64,000 nt of DNA. It comes from Armatimonadota bacterium. Lineage in GTDB: Bacteria > Armatimonadota > DTGP01 > JAKQQT01. Every line of letters begins with the position of its first letter. Position 1 is the stretch's first letter. Of this stretch, positions 46,836 through 55,739 are shown in pieces. The notes under the pieces were generated by a model, which did no database searches, was not told the origin of the DNA, and saw nothing but the letters and a program-made list of their open reading frames with translations. The position numbers and the translations under genes were made by a program. The DNA lies in NCBI GenBank assembly GCA_036504095.1, contig DASXVS010000002.1, positions 118,184 through 182,183 of the forward strand, given 5' to 3'.

Positions 46836-47300
46836 TCAGCCCCGCGTGCTCTCCATCAGGCGTTTCACGTTGTTGGTGCTGAACGACTTGTTGCCCTTGC
46901 GCTGGATGATCTCGTGGATGACCCCCGTCTGGGCAACGGGCTTGGTGAAGATCTGGAGCAGGTTGGCGTCCTCCAGGATATCGGCGGAGAGAAACTCCAC
47001 GCCCTTTGCCTTGAGGTCTTTTACTGCGGCGTGGATGTCCGGCACGGCGTAGGCCACGTGGTGCAGCGCGTTGCCGTGCAGGCGCACCCACTCCTTCACT
47101 ACCCCGCCGTCGCCGACGCCTTCACTGATGAAAATCTGGATCGAGCCGGCGTTCAACGCGGCGCAATTGGCGTGCGTTCCGTCCTCAAAATCGATCTCAA
47201 ACCGGTCCGCCACCTCCAGCCCGATCACGCCGGTGTAGAAAGCCAGCGCCTTCTCCAGGTCGTCCACGCGGAAGGCGATGTGGTCGATTGGTCCTATCAT
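46836..47300 (-). CDS. VOC-family protein
   Basis: IDHIAFRVDDLEKALAFYTGVIGLEV and a second module HHVAYAVPDIHAAVKDLKAKGVEF. Confidence 0.65.
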   Translation of the reverse strand: MIGPIDHIAFRVDDLEKALAFYTGVIGLEVADRFEIDFEDGTHANCAALNAGSIQIFISEGVGDGGVVKEWVRLHGNALHHVAYAVPDIHAAVKDLKAKGVEFLSADILEDANLLQIFTKPVAQTGVIHEIIQRKGNKSFSTNNVKRLMESTRG

Positions 47301-47530
47301 CTGCGTCCTCCTGTTTACAGAATGACCCGCGTGACAGCTTGAAAGTTCGGGGGAAGGAGTCACAAGGGAGGTGGCGGCATCCGGGATGCACCGCGGGGGA
47401 TTTCCTGCCGCGAAGCCGCTGAGGAAACCGAGGGACCGGGAGGCTTCTCACCCCTCCGGTTGAATCCCCTCATGACTCTGTGGACCTCTGTGCTCCTTCG
47501 TGCCCTCGGTGGTGAACCCGGGCCCACCGC

Positions 47531-48007
47531 TCATCGTTCTTCGTTCAGCGTTTGCGTGGGCAGGGGGTTCGTCATCCCCTCGGGAACGAGCTCATTGGCG
47601 AACTCGATGACCTTGTCGTCGTTCAATTCGGCGTCATCGTACCCGTTCCACTTCTCCAGGCTCCAGATCTCGGCCACGTTGCCGTTGCCGATAACCACCA
47701 CGTCGCCCTGGATTTCCGCCTTGTCCCGAAGGTATTTCGGAATCAGCACCCGTCCCGCCTCATCCGGCGTCACTTCGGTGGCGGCGCCCATATAGAACCG
47801 CCGCAAAGCGAGGGCCTTCTTATCGGTGTCGGCGATCCGGCCCAGTTTGTCGAGGATCGTCTGCCACTGAGCCGGCGGGTAGAGCGCGATGCAGCCGCTG
47901 AACCCGCGCGTCAGGACGTAGGGCGCCTCGAACGCCTCCCGTAATTTCACGGGAAGAACGAGGCGACCCTTGCTGTCCAGGTTGTGGGTTGTGGAGCCGG
48001 AATACAT
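47531..48007 (-). CDS. mraZ: Transcriptional regulator MraZ
   Basis: LDSKGRLVLPVKLR and a second half VVVIGNGNVAEIWSLEKW; duplicated MraZ/SpoVT-AbrB-like halves; 158 aa. Confidence 0.8.
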   Translation of the reverse strand: MYSGSTTHNLDSKGRLVLPVKLREAFEAPYVLTRGFSGCIALYPPAQWQTILDKLGRIADTDKKALALRRFYMGAATEVTPDEAGRVLIPKYLRDKAEIQGDVVVIGNGNVAEIWSLEKWNGYDDAELNDDKVIEFANELVPEGMTNPLPTQTLNEER

Positions 48008-48039
48008 GGTTCTGGGGGGCCGCTGAGCGGCTCGGGCCG

Positions 48040-48534
48040 TCAGGCCATCGCGACCGCGGGCGCCCTTCGCGCGGTGGCCTCGCTGGCCATATCACGCGCG
48101 CAGACCGTGCAATACACCTTTTCCGACGGGCGGATCTCACCGTCCTCGCCCGGAAGCATCATCGGGGCCGAGAAGGGGTCGACGGCGCCGCACACGCCGC
48201 AGGTTTCAAACGGGATGGACTCACTGCCGGTCGCCCGGACCACATCCTCGATAACCGCCAGAACGATATCCTGCAACGGCAGCTCGACCCGTCCGAACGC
48301 GAAATCGCGCTTCAGGGTGATCTCCAGCCCGTCGAGCAGCGGCAGGGCGCTCACCGGCAGACGGACAAGATACGTCACGACGGGACCGTCGCTGTACAGG
48401 CGTATCTGCCCGACCTGCGCCAGCCCGGCGGCGTATCCCGCCAGATCGTCGCGTTCCACCGTGTTTCTCGGCTCGGCGAAAAAGACCGCGTCCACCGTCT
48501 TTTCGGCCCCACATTGCCTGCTGGCGCGCTTCAT
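48040..48534 (-). CDS. Hypothetical protein with C-terminal zinc-ribbon-like Cys pairs (possibly YceD/DUF177-like)
   Basis: ETCGVCG ... YCTVCARD; 32 nt upstream of mraZ on the same strand. Confidence 0.35.
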   Translation of the reverse strand: MKRASRQCGAEKTVDAVFFAEPRNTVERDDLAGYAAGLAQVGQIRLYSDGPVVTYLVRLPVSALPLLDGLEITLKRDFAFGRVELPLQDIVLAVIEDVVRATGSESIPFETCGVCGAVDPFSAPMMLPGEDGEIRPSEKVYCTVCARDMASEATARRAPAVAMA

Positions 48535-48566
48535 TGCTTGTCTGCCCCCTCTGGAATGGTCGTAAA

Positions 48567-48609
48567 TACCACAAAATGGCTCGGTCTGACACTGCCTACC
48601 ACAAAATGG
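48567..48609 (-). promoter_or_regulatory. Direct repeat TACCACAAAATGG x2 (30-bp periodicity) in the promoter region of the 48040..48534-mraZ operon
   Basis: Two identical 13-mers at 48567..48579 and 48597..48609; the transcribed strand reads CCATTTTGTGGTA. Confidence 0.4.
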
Positions 48610-48696
48610 ATTATGACATGTCCCGTCATGGCGCAGAGGGATCAGGAATGGATTTTCACGCCGGCCGGGTGTTGATAAGTGGCATCAGGCCGGTAC

Positions 48697-48757
48697 GATG
48701 AAGCCGGATTCACCGCGGAGGACGCAGGGGAACGCGGAGGTCGCGCGGAGGAATCAG
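48697..48757. repeat. Dispersed word-repeat element copy (GATGAAGCCGGATTCACCGCGGAGG...)
   Basis: About 88% identical over 43 nt to the copy at 51245..51297. Confidence 0.65.
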
Positions 48758-48863
48758 TAGGACGGGCGTCTCGCCCGCTACCGGGAAAACTTAGCAGGGC
48801 CAATCAAAAGGCGAAACGCGCCCACCGGAAAGGCGCAATCCGGCTCAGCACTTCGGTCAGTAC

Positions 48864-50330
48864 TTACTTCTTCCGCCCATACCCGACTGCCCAGGCGCCT
48901 GCCAACGCGCACAGCGCCACGAACCAGTCGCCGAACCGCACATACGGGGTACGGTCGTTACGCAAGCCCACTGTGCCGCTGAGGGTGCCCGCCTGTCCGA
49001 GCGGCAGCGATTCCTGGACCTCGCCGGAAGGCGAAATGAGCGCGGAGATGCCGGTATGGCCGCACCGGACGACCCAGCGGCGCGTCTCGATGGCCCGTAG
49101 TCGCGCCGCCTCCAGGTGCTGGACCGCCATGCCGGTGCGCCCGAACCAGGCGTCGTTGGTGATGACCACCAGGAGGTTGGCCCCTTCGCGAACGAACGCT
49201 CGGGCGGCTTTGGGAGACGCCGATTCGAAGCAGATCGGCACGCCTAGACGCAAATCCCCCGCCGAGAGCACTTCGTACTTCATCCCCGGCTCTTCATCGC
49301 GTTCCACAACCCCGAAATCGCCCAGGAACGGCAGCACGTGGCGGAGCGGAACGAACTCCCCGAACGGCACCAATTGTCGCTTTCGATAGATCCCCGCGAC
49401 GCTTCGATCCGGCCCGAACAGAACGGCGGCGTTGAACGGCGCGCCGCTTGCCCCGTACCCGATGGCGCCGGTCAGCAGCGGCGCATCGAGGCGGGCCGGA
49501 ACGTCGGTCGCTCGCTGAAGGAGCGCCGGGTCCGCCAGGATGGCCCCCGGCGCAGAAGATTCCGACCACACGATGAGGCCGGCCCCTCCGCCGGCTTTCA
49601 GCGTCGCCGCCCGCATCGCCTCGAACGCGCGGTAGCCCCCGGCGCTGCTCCACGCATCGTTGGAGTCGCCCTGAACACACAGCACCGTCCCAAATTGATG
49701 ATCGCTGTCCGCCGCGCCTGCTCGCGCCCACTCGCTCATCCCATAGCCGATGCCCGTTGCCAACAGCACAACGATGAGACCAGCTATACCGGCGCGTCGC
49801 CCGGCGCGATCCCCTCGGACCAAAAGGAACAACGCGGTTCCCGCGAACGCGACCATCGCGCTCACCATATAGCAACCGCCGATCGAGGCCCATTGCGCCA
49901 CCGGTGTCGCGACGGCCGGCGTTGACAGACCGCCGAACGGGAAGCCATAGGTGCCACTGCCCCGCGCCCATTCTGCAACCGCCCAGATCGCGGGCACGCC
50001 GGCCAGAATCGCCACCCTGGAGCGCCGCAGCACCGCGGCCAGCGCCACCGCGATAGGGATGAACCAGAGCGCCTCGATCGCCGTGAACAACGCCCACGGC
50101 AGGACCGCCATCCAGATCACGCCCTCGCCGAATGAGGTCGTGAACAGGCCGACCCCGCCCATGAATGCCAGACCCATCAGATAGCCGCGGCCGACCGCCT
50201 GTTTCGGCGTCGCGCCGCTCAACGACCACAGCAGTGGAATCAGGGCGAACCAGACGAGGGTATCCCACCCGAACGGCGGAAAGCATGCCGCCAGGAGCAA
50301 ACCGGACAAAAGAGCGGCCAGGGCGCGCAT
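48864..50330 (-). CDS. lnt: Apolipoprotein N-acyltransferase
   Basis: N-terminal multi-TM region followed by a CN-hydrolase domain (LIVWSESS, ICFESA); start by codon arithmetic at MRALAALLSGLLLAAC. Confidence 0.8.
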   Translation of the reverse strand: MRALAALLSGLLLAACFPPFGWDTLVWFALIPLLWSLSGATPKQAVGRGYLMGLAFMGGVGLFTTSFGEGVIWMAVLPWALFTAIEALWFIPIAVALAAVLRRSRVAILAGVPAIWAVAEWARGSGTYGFPFGGLSTPAVATPVAQWASIGGCYMVSAMVAFAGTALFLLVRGDRAGRRAGIAGLIVVLLATGIGYGMSEWARAGAADSDHQFGTVLCVQGDSNDAWSSAGGYRAFEAMRAATLKAGGGAGLIVWSESSAPGAILADPALLQRATDVPARLDAPLLTGAIGYGASGAPFNAAVLFGPDRSVAGIYRKRQLVPFGEFVPLRHVLPFLGDFGVVERDEEPGMKYEVLSAGDLRLGVPICFESASPKAARAFVREGANLLVVITNDAWFGRTGMAVQHLEAARLRAIETRRWVVRCGHTGISALISPSGEVQESLPLGQAGTLSGTVGLRNDRTPYVRFGDWFVALCALAGAWAVGYGRKK

Positions 50331-50379
50331 TTGCCCAGGCCGATTGAGGCATCCTGAGCGCAGCGCAGCGCCCCACCGA

Positions 50380-50470
50380 CTGAAGGCGGCGGTTGTTGCC
50401 CCCCAAAGTCGGCTGAAGCCGACTGCGAACCAGCCGGCTTCAGCCGTCTTCGTACGGCAGACGTTGGCTT
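50380..50470. repeat. GGCTGAAGCCG / CGGCTTCAGCC alternating-orientation word repeats
   Basis: GTCGGCTGAAGCCGAC ... CCGGCTTCAGCCG ... GGCTTCAGCC in the lnt upstream region. Confidence 0.5.
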
Positions 50471-50525
50471 CAGCCAATGGGGCAACGGAATGGTTCAGCG
50501 GGCCTCGGGCGGCTATCATGGGGTC

Positions 50526-51224
50526 ATGAAAATCGTGTCGCTCGTTCACATCGGTATGGTATCATTGTCGGCCGCACTTTTGGCAGGCTGCGCCCGCACT
50601 CCACCCGGAGCCACCACGGGCGCACAGACCCTCGTGACGTTCGAGGTGCAGGTGGCCGGGCAGATCGTACCCGGCGACCCAAATGCCTACTACTACATCG
50701 TTCTGGATACCGACAACAACCCGGCCACCGGGCCGATTCCGGTCGTGGCCCGCCCATGGGGAAACGGGTACGCCGCGGGCTCCTATACCCACTACGTGCT
50801 CTACCATAACGGCGTGTTCGGCGTCTACGAGTCCATCGACCCCAACCATACCACCTCGACCTACCTGGGGCGGCCCCTGCAGGGCGGCATCACAACCACC
50901 AACCGGCCCAACGACACCCTGTTCGTCCAGGTGGACCGCGCTCAGATCGCCGATATTCACCCGGACGTCCGCGCCATCGACGTCAATGTCATCAGCACCG
51001 ACCGCGTGCCGCTCGACCCCCAGGAACTCACCGTTAAGGTAGTGGACGGCCTCGGAGCCTCAGGAAATGACTACGTGACCATCCCGTTCGGCTTCACCAC
51101 CGTCTACACAAACGGCGTGGACCCCGACCCCGCCCATCCCGAGACTCCCCGCGACGCCGACGGACTCGCGAACAACCCTAACCTCGACCTCATTAACTGG
51201 CGCATCACCGTCCAGACACAGTGA
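50526..51224 (+). CDS. Hypothetical lipoprotein
   Basis: Signal peptide with lipobox LLAGCA; no recognisable domain. Confidence 0.5.
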   Translation: MKIVSLVHIGMVSLSAALLAGCARTPPGATTGAQTLVTFEVQVAGQIVPGDPNAYYYIVLDTDNNPATGPIPVVARPWGNGYAAGSYTHYVLYHNGVFGVYESIDPNHTTSTYLGRPLQGGITTTNRPNDTLFVQVDRAQIADIHPDVRAIDVNVISTDRVPLDPQELTVKVVDGLGASGNDYVTIPFGFTTVYTNGVDPDPAHPETPRDADGLANNPNLDLINWRITVQTQ

Positions 51225-51244
51225 CTGGGAAACGATGAATGATG

Positions 51245-51297
51245 TGCGACGAACGATGAAACCGGATTCAGCGCGGAGGATGCAGAGGTAACGCGGA
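51245..51297. repeat. Dispersed word-repeat element copy (direct orientation)
   Basis: CGATGAATGATGTGCGACGAACGATGAAACCGGATTCAGCGCGGAGGATGCAGAGGTAACGCGGAG. Confidence 0.65.
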
Positions 51298-51360
51298 GCA
51301 ATCCCTGACCCAGCGCTGAGCCGTGGGGCCAGCCCCACGTCCGCGGGCGGAAATGGCACT

Positions 51361-51477
51361 AATAGATTCCTCCGTGCACCTCCGTGTGCTCAGTGTCCTC
51401 CGTGGTGAAATTCTCCGCGTTACCTCTGCGTCCCGCTGCGTCCTCCGCGGTGAAGTCGGGAACCTCCGCGTTGAATC
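51361..51477. repeat. Inverted copies of the CGGAGG word-repeat element
   Basis: CTCCGCGTTACCTCTGCGTCC...CCTCCGCGTTGAATCCG is the reverse complement of the 51245 copy; together they bracket the convergent junction with a CGTGGGGC..GCCCCACG mini-hairpin between. Confidence 0.65.
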
Positions 51478-51483
51478 CGAACC

Positions 51484-53703
51484 CTAGAATCCTGGCGGCA
51501 AACTCGACGCCGTGCTGCTCTGCAAATCCCCGCCGCCGATGTTCAAGTTCTCGCCGAACATGCCGGTGGTGAACGGGTCGGCCATCGGGAACGCCTTGAT
51601 CCGTATCAGCACGCGGATCCCCGTCTCGTTGCGCCAGCCTTTGTCGTTGATCAGCGCGACGGACGCCTCGGTGCAACCCATATCCTTCGCGACGAGGAAG
51701 TGGCGGTATCGCTGTCCGCTGTCCGTGCCGGCGAGAGCCCGCACGCGCCAGTCGCGGCCGACGGGCGTGTCGAGGCTGCCCAGCAGCCGTCCGAACCGTC
51801 CTGTCGCCGGTATGTAGCGGCCTTCGCCGTCGAAGTGGAGCCCGCCCAGCCGCAGCCGAAGGCCGCTGTTCACGTAGCGCACTTTTGACGTCTCGCCCGG
51901 CGCCTTGCCGTTCACGTTGATCGCCGCGTTGGTCACCCATCGTATCCCGGGAGTGGGCTGCACGATCGCCATCGCCAGGAGGTCGCGCCAGGGCGTGAGG
52001 TGGTTGCGGAAGTCATACGCCGTGCCGGCGCGGAGCTCCAGGGCGCGCATATCGGCCAGTTTCACTGTGCCGCTGAGGCTCTCGTACGCGAACGGACGGT
52101 CGAACTGGAACGGCGTGTAGCCCTTCGGCTTCGAGACGCTGTAGCTCAGCGTGAAGTCCGATTTGCGACCGAGAGGCTGCGTGACGCCCAGGTTGCCGGT
52201 CAGCGTGTAGAGCGCTGCGTCACTTGTGTAGATCGCCTGCCGAAATCCGCCGCCCACGTTCAACGTCAGCGATCCGGCCTTCCACCGCCGGTTCGGCGCG
52301 GTTGCCTCGAACAACTGCCGCCCCCCGCGATGCCCGTTCGCCTCGAACGAGCCGTCCGCCAGCGTGAGCGCAACCGGCGCCGATTTGGACGCGGTCAGCC
52401 CGAGCCTATACGCGTCCGATTTGAGCGTGAGTTCCGGCAGCCGCTGGACCGGCAGATACAGCCCGCCCGTTTCGCCGCCTCCGTGGACCGCTATATGGTT
52501 GGCCGCCAGTTCCACATCCACCGCGTTGAAGCCCTGCGCCACGCTGATCTTGTGGTCTACTTCGCTCGTGGCCGGGATGCCCGCCGATGACTGCCGCGTG
52601 CTGTCGACGCCGAATTGGAGGGTCCCCTTGGGGTCGAATTTGTACGCCTGCGCGAATCCTGCCGTCACGCCCTGGTATTTGCCGCCGCCCGACTTGCTGC
52701 CGTTGTAGCGGAGCGACAAACGGGTGTCCGATGCGCCCACCGCGCGTGCCATCGAGATCCCGGCGCTGCGCGACGTGCTGCCGGGCACATACAGGTAGGA
52801 GTTCTTCCGAAGTTCGCCTTCCAGCTGCGTGTCGAAGCCAAGGATCTTGCGGTTGTCGCGCAGATTGGCGCTCAGGTTGCGCCCCGCCTGCCCCGTCACC
52901 GAATACAACGACACCTCCCCCTTGCCGTTGGGCGCATAGTCGTGCGTAACTCCGAGGCCGAGCCCCTGCTTCTGCATTACGTCCACATGCACCGCGCCCG
53001 TCTGCCCGCCCCGGGCATAGTTCAGCAGCGTCTTAAGGAAGAAGCCTTCCTCCGTGCTCTGCCCCACCACCGGCACGACCGGCGCCTGCCCGCCCTGCTG
53101 CTTGATAGGAAAAACCAGCGTCGGCACGGTGGCCAGCCTCCGTCCGAACAGCAGCGTGGTCGCGTGCCGTGCGATGACCTTCCGGTCCGGCAGGATGGTC
53201 ACCTCTCGGGCGACGACCTCGTACTGCGGCCGCACCGGATCGCACGAGGTGATGTGCGCGTTGTAGAGCGTGATCTCGCGCCTGGATCCCTTAATGCTCT
53301 CCGCCATCACGTGGAATGGTGAAAGCGCGCCCACGGGGGTCACATCCGTGGTCGACTTGCTCATCGACCACTCCCGCGTCTTGATGTTGAACTCCAGGAA
53401 GCTGTCCGCGCCGCCGCTGACGGTCTCTTTGCCGGTGTCCAGCGCCACGTTTCCGCGCAGGATGGCCGTCGACGTCGTCTCGTCGAAATCGCCCGCGTCC
53501 CCGGTCAAAACGTACTGCTTGTGCGTGATGCGAACGTGGCCCGCCGCGACCCAGTGCTTCGCGGACTCCTCGTAGTGGGTGATATCGGCCGAAATTGTGG
53601 CGTTCGGCGCGGGCGCGAGCGGCAGGCCGGGCGCGGTCTGCCCCAGTGCGCGCGGGGCGCAGAGGAGGGCAATCGCAGCGACGGCGGTTATTCCTCGCGC
53701 CAT
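51484..53703 (-). CDS. lptD: LPS-assembly protein LptD-like (OstA N-terminal domain plus outer-membrane beta-barrel)
   Basis: Signal peptide MARGITAVAAIALLCAPRALGQ; OstA-like N-terminal segment; long beta-rich C-terminal region; start by codon arithmetic. Confidence 0.65.
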   Translation of the reverse strand: MARGITAVAAIALLCAPRALGQTAPGLPLAPAPNATISADITHYEESAKHWVAAGHVRITHKQYVLTGDAGDFDETTSTAILRGNVALDTGKETVSGGADSFLEFNIKTREWSMSKSTTDVTPVGALSPFHVMAESIKGSRREITLYNAHITSCDPVRPQYEVVAREVTILPDRKVIARHATTLLFGRRLATVPTLVFPIKQQGGQAPVVPVVGQSTEEGFFLKTLLNYARGGQTGAVHVDVMQKQGLGLGVTHDYAPNGKGEVSLYSVTGQAGRNLSANLRDNRKILGFDTQLEGELRKNSYLYVPGSTSRSAGISMARAVGASDTRLSLRYNGSKSGGGKYQGVTAGFAQAYKFDPKGTLQFGVDSTRQSSAGIPATSEVDHKISVAQGFNAVDVELAANHIAVHGGGETGGLYLPVQRLPELTLKSDAYRLGLTASKSAPVALTLADGSFEANGHRGGRQLFEATAPNRRWKAGSLTLNVGGGFRQAIYTSDAALYTLTGNLGVTQPLGRKSDFTLSYSVSKPKGYTPFQFDRPFAYESLSGTVKLADMRALELRAGTAYDFRNHLTPWRDLLAMAIVQPTPGIRWVTNAAINVNGKAPGETSKVRYVNSGLRLRLGGLHFDGEGRYIPATGRFGRLLGSLDTPVGRDWRVRALAGTDSGQRYRHFLVAKDMGCTEASVALINDKGWRNETGIRVLIRIKAFPMADPFTTGMFGENLNIGGGDLQSSTASSLPPGF

Positions 53704-54782
53704 ATCAGCCACGCTCCCACGCCGGTGAAGACCGCGTTCGGCAGCCACGCCGCCAGCACAGGCGGCAGCACCGAACCGCCCATTTCCTTGAAGAACAGGT
53801 ATCCCTGCACGTAGAGGAAGAAGAGCACCAGCGCGATCAGGATGCCCGTGAAGCCGCCACCGCGGCCGAAATGCACCGCCAGCGGCAGACTGATGATCGT
53901 CAGCACCACGCACGCGAACGGCAGCGCGAATTTCAGGTAGTAATCCACCTTCCATTCCCGCGTGTTCGGGTTGCCGGTCCTCACCCCCTCCGCGATCGCC
54001 CGCGACAACTGCATCGCGTTCATCTCGTCCGTCGTCTGCGCCATCGTCCACAGCGTGCCCACCGTCCGGTCAACGTCGAACGTGAACTTGGGGAACGCGA
54101 CCTCGTTGGTGGTGAACCCGCGCGCATCCATCTCGCGCCGCACGCCCCGGTACAGAGTCCATTTGGTGCCGCTGGCGGTGGCCGTCTCGGCGGTGTACAG
54201 GACCGGATACGTGCCGGACCGCATCTCGTAGACCATCACGCGCGTCAGCAGAAACGCCACCTCGTTCGGGTTGGCGGAATCCCGCGTCTTCTGCATGTCG
54301 CCGATGTAGAACTTGAACTGCCCCGTGCCGAAGAAGACGTCGCTGCGGATGGAGATCGGTCGCACCTTGAAGAACAGGCGGTACTCCGCCATCGACGCGC
54401 GGTGGTTCATCATCGGGGCGATGGTCTCATTGATGTAGAAGCTCGCCACGCTGATCAGCGCGGCGACGACCATCATGGGGACGAGGATGCGCTTCAACGG
54501 CATCCCGCTCAGGCGCATGACGGTGATCTCGTTCTCGCGCGCCATCCGGTTCACGCCCAGCGACACGCCGAACAGCACCGCCACCGGCAGCGCGTATACG
54601 ATGAACTGCGGCATCCGGTAGGCGATGACCTTCGCTACTTGCGAAAGCGCCGCGCGGTCGTTCATCACCAGCCGGAACAGGTTCATCAGCACCGCGCTGA
54701 CCTGCATCAGCAGGAAGCCGAACACCCCAACGAGGAACGGCGCCAGCAGCTCGCGCGCCAGATATCGGTCGGCCGTCTTCAC
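53688..54782 (-). CDS. LPS export ABC permease LptF/LptG family (YjgP/YjgQ)
   Basis: DRYLARELLAPFLVGVFGFLLM N-terminus and permease layout; proposed GTG start at codon 28 because the upstream 27 codons are encoded by a GATGAA word repeat. Confidence 0.7.
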   Translation of the reverse strand: MKTADRYLARELLAPFLVGVFGFLLMQVSAVLMNLFRLVMNDRAALSQVAKVIAYRMPQFIVYALPVAVLFGVSLGVNRMARENEITVMRLSGMPLKRILVPMMVVAALISVASFYINETIAPMMNHRASMAEYRLFFKVRPISIRSDVFFGTGQFKFYIGDMQKTRDSANPNEVAFLLTRVMVYEMRSGTYPVLYTAETATASGTKWTLYRGVRREMDARGFTTNEVAFPKFTFDVDRTVGTLWTMAQTTDEMNAMQLSRAIAEGVRTGNPNTREWKVDYYLKFALPFACVVLTIISLPLAVHFGRGGGFTGILIALVLFFLYVQGYLFFKEMGGSVLPPVLAAWLPNAVFTGVGAWLIWREE

Positions 54783-54783
54783 G

Positions 54784-54850
54784 CTATGAGTATAGGGAAC
54801 GAAGCGATGAATGATGAACGATGGGCGATGAATAGCGGAGGCGGATTGAG
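54784..54850. repeat. Diverged copy of the GATGAA/CGGAGG word-repeat element
   Basis: GAACGAAGCGATGAATGATGAACGATGGGCGATGAATAGCGGAGGCGGATTGAGC. Confidence 0.55.
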
Positions 54851-55039
54851 CTTGGAGGGACACAGAGAAAGCTGGTGATGGGCGTCCGGACAGGAGTGGA
54901 AGACCGAAGCGCTACCTTCCGTCCGCTCTCTTCCAAGGAATCACCGTTCCTGACGGGACCGGTCCTTCACGGTGAAAGTATGGTCCAGCCCTGCCGGACG
55001 CCCGGGATTGGCGTCCAGCAGGACACACCACTTGGACCG

Positions 55040-55726
55040 TTATTCTGGCACGGGAGGCGCAGCCTCCAATCGCGACTTTTCGTCTTTCTCTTGCTGCTTG
55101 ATTCTGCTCAATGTCGCTAAGGCCTCCTCTCGCACGTCGAAAGTGATCGTATTGGAATTGAGAAGGTCATCAAGCAGTTTCTTGATGGGAGCACGATCAT
55201 TGAGAGTCAGCGTGACCCCTTTGGAGACGATCTCGTCGCTCGACAAGAGGACCGATCCACCCAGCGCCACGTGGCGGATCTCCCCCGGTGTTCGGCCATG
55301 AACCTCAATCCAAATGATGGATTGCGAGATATAGGCGCCAAGCGCCGGGATTATAGTCTTCAGGACTACCGGATCCTTGGTAGTGCGCGCAGCGGTGATC
55401 AGCCATGGAAGCAATCGCCGATCGAGCAAATGCGACACACCGTCCGCAACAGGCTTGAGCCACGTTGCATCAGCACGGGTCTGTTCGATGAAGTCCAGAT
55501 AGACGGGCGCGGCGTCTATGCCATAGAATGGAAGGCTCTTGAGGGCATCCTCTTTCTTCGTGCGAACAGTAGTGCTGCTTTTCAATATCCTCTGGATGCT
55601 CACAGCGCCCGCTTTGCCATTCCCATATTTCTGGAACAGAGACTCGCGCTCTCCGGCATAGGCGGGGGGCGATGCCGCCGCCATTACAGCGAGATACCCG
55701 ATGTAGATGAATGATAGGGATTTCAT
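55040..55726 (-). CDS. Hypothetical secreted protein in a low-GC islet
   Basis: Signal peptide MKSLSFIYIGYLAVMAAASPPAYA; local GC about 52% against about 65% in flanks. Confidence 0.45.
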   Translation of the reverse strand: MKSLSFIYIGYLAVMAAASPPAYAGERESLFQKYGNGKAGAVSIQRILKSSTTVRTKKEDALKSLPFYGIDAAPVYLDFIEQTRADATWLKPVADGVSHLLDRRLLPWLITAARTTKDPVVLKTIIPALGAYISQSIIWIEVHGRTPGEIRHVALGGSVLLSSDEIVSKGVTLTLNDRAPIKKLLDDLLNSNTITFDVREEALATLSRIKQQEKDEKSRLEAAPPVPE

Positions 55727-55739
55727 GTTCAGTATCCTT

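Noticed and set aside
53704-54051. N-terminal 116 codons of the 855-aa track ORF containing lptD
   Set aside because: The signal peptide starts at the internal Met (MARGITAVAAIALL); the upstream codons overlap lptF/G and look like read-through.
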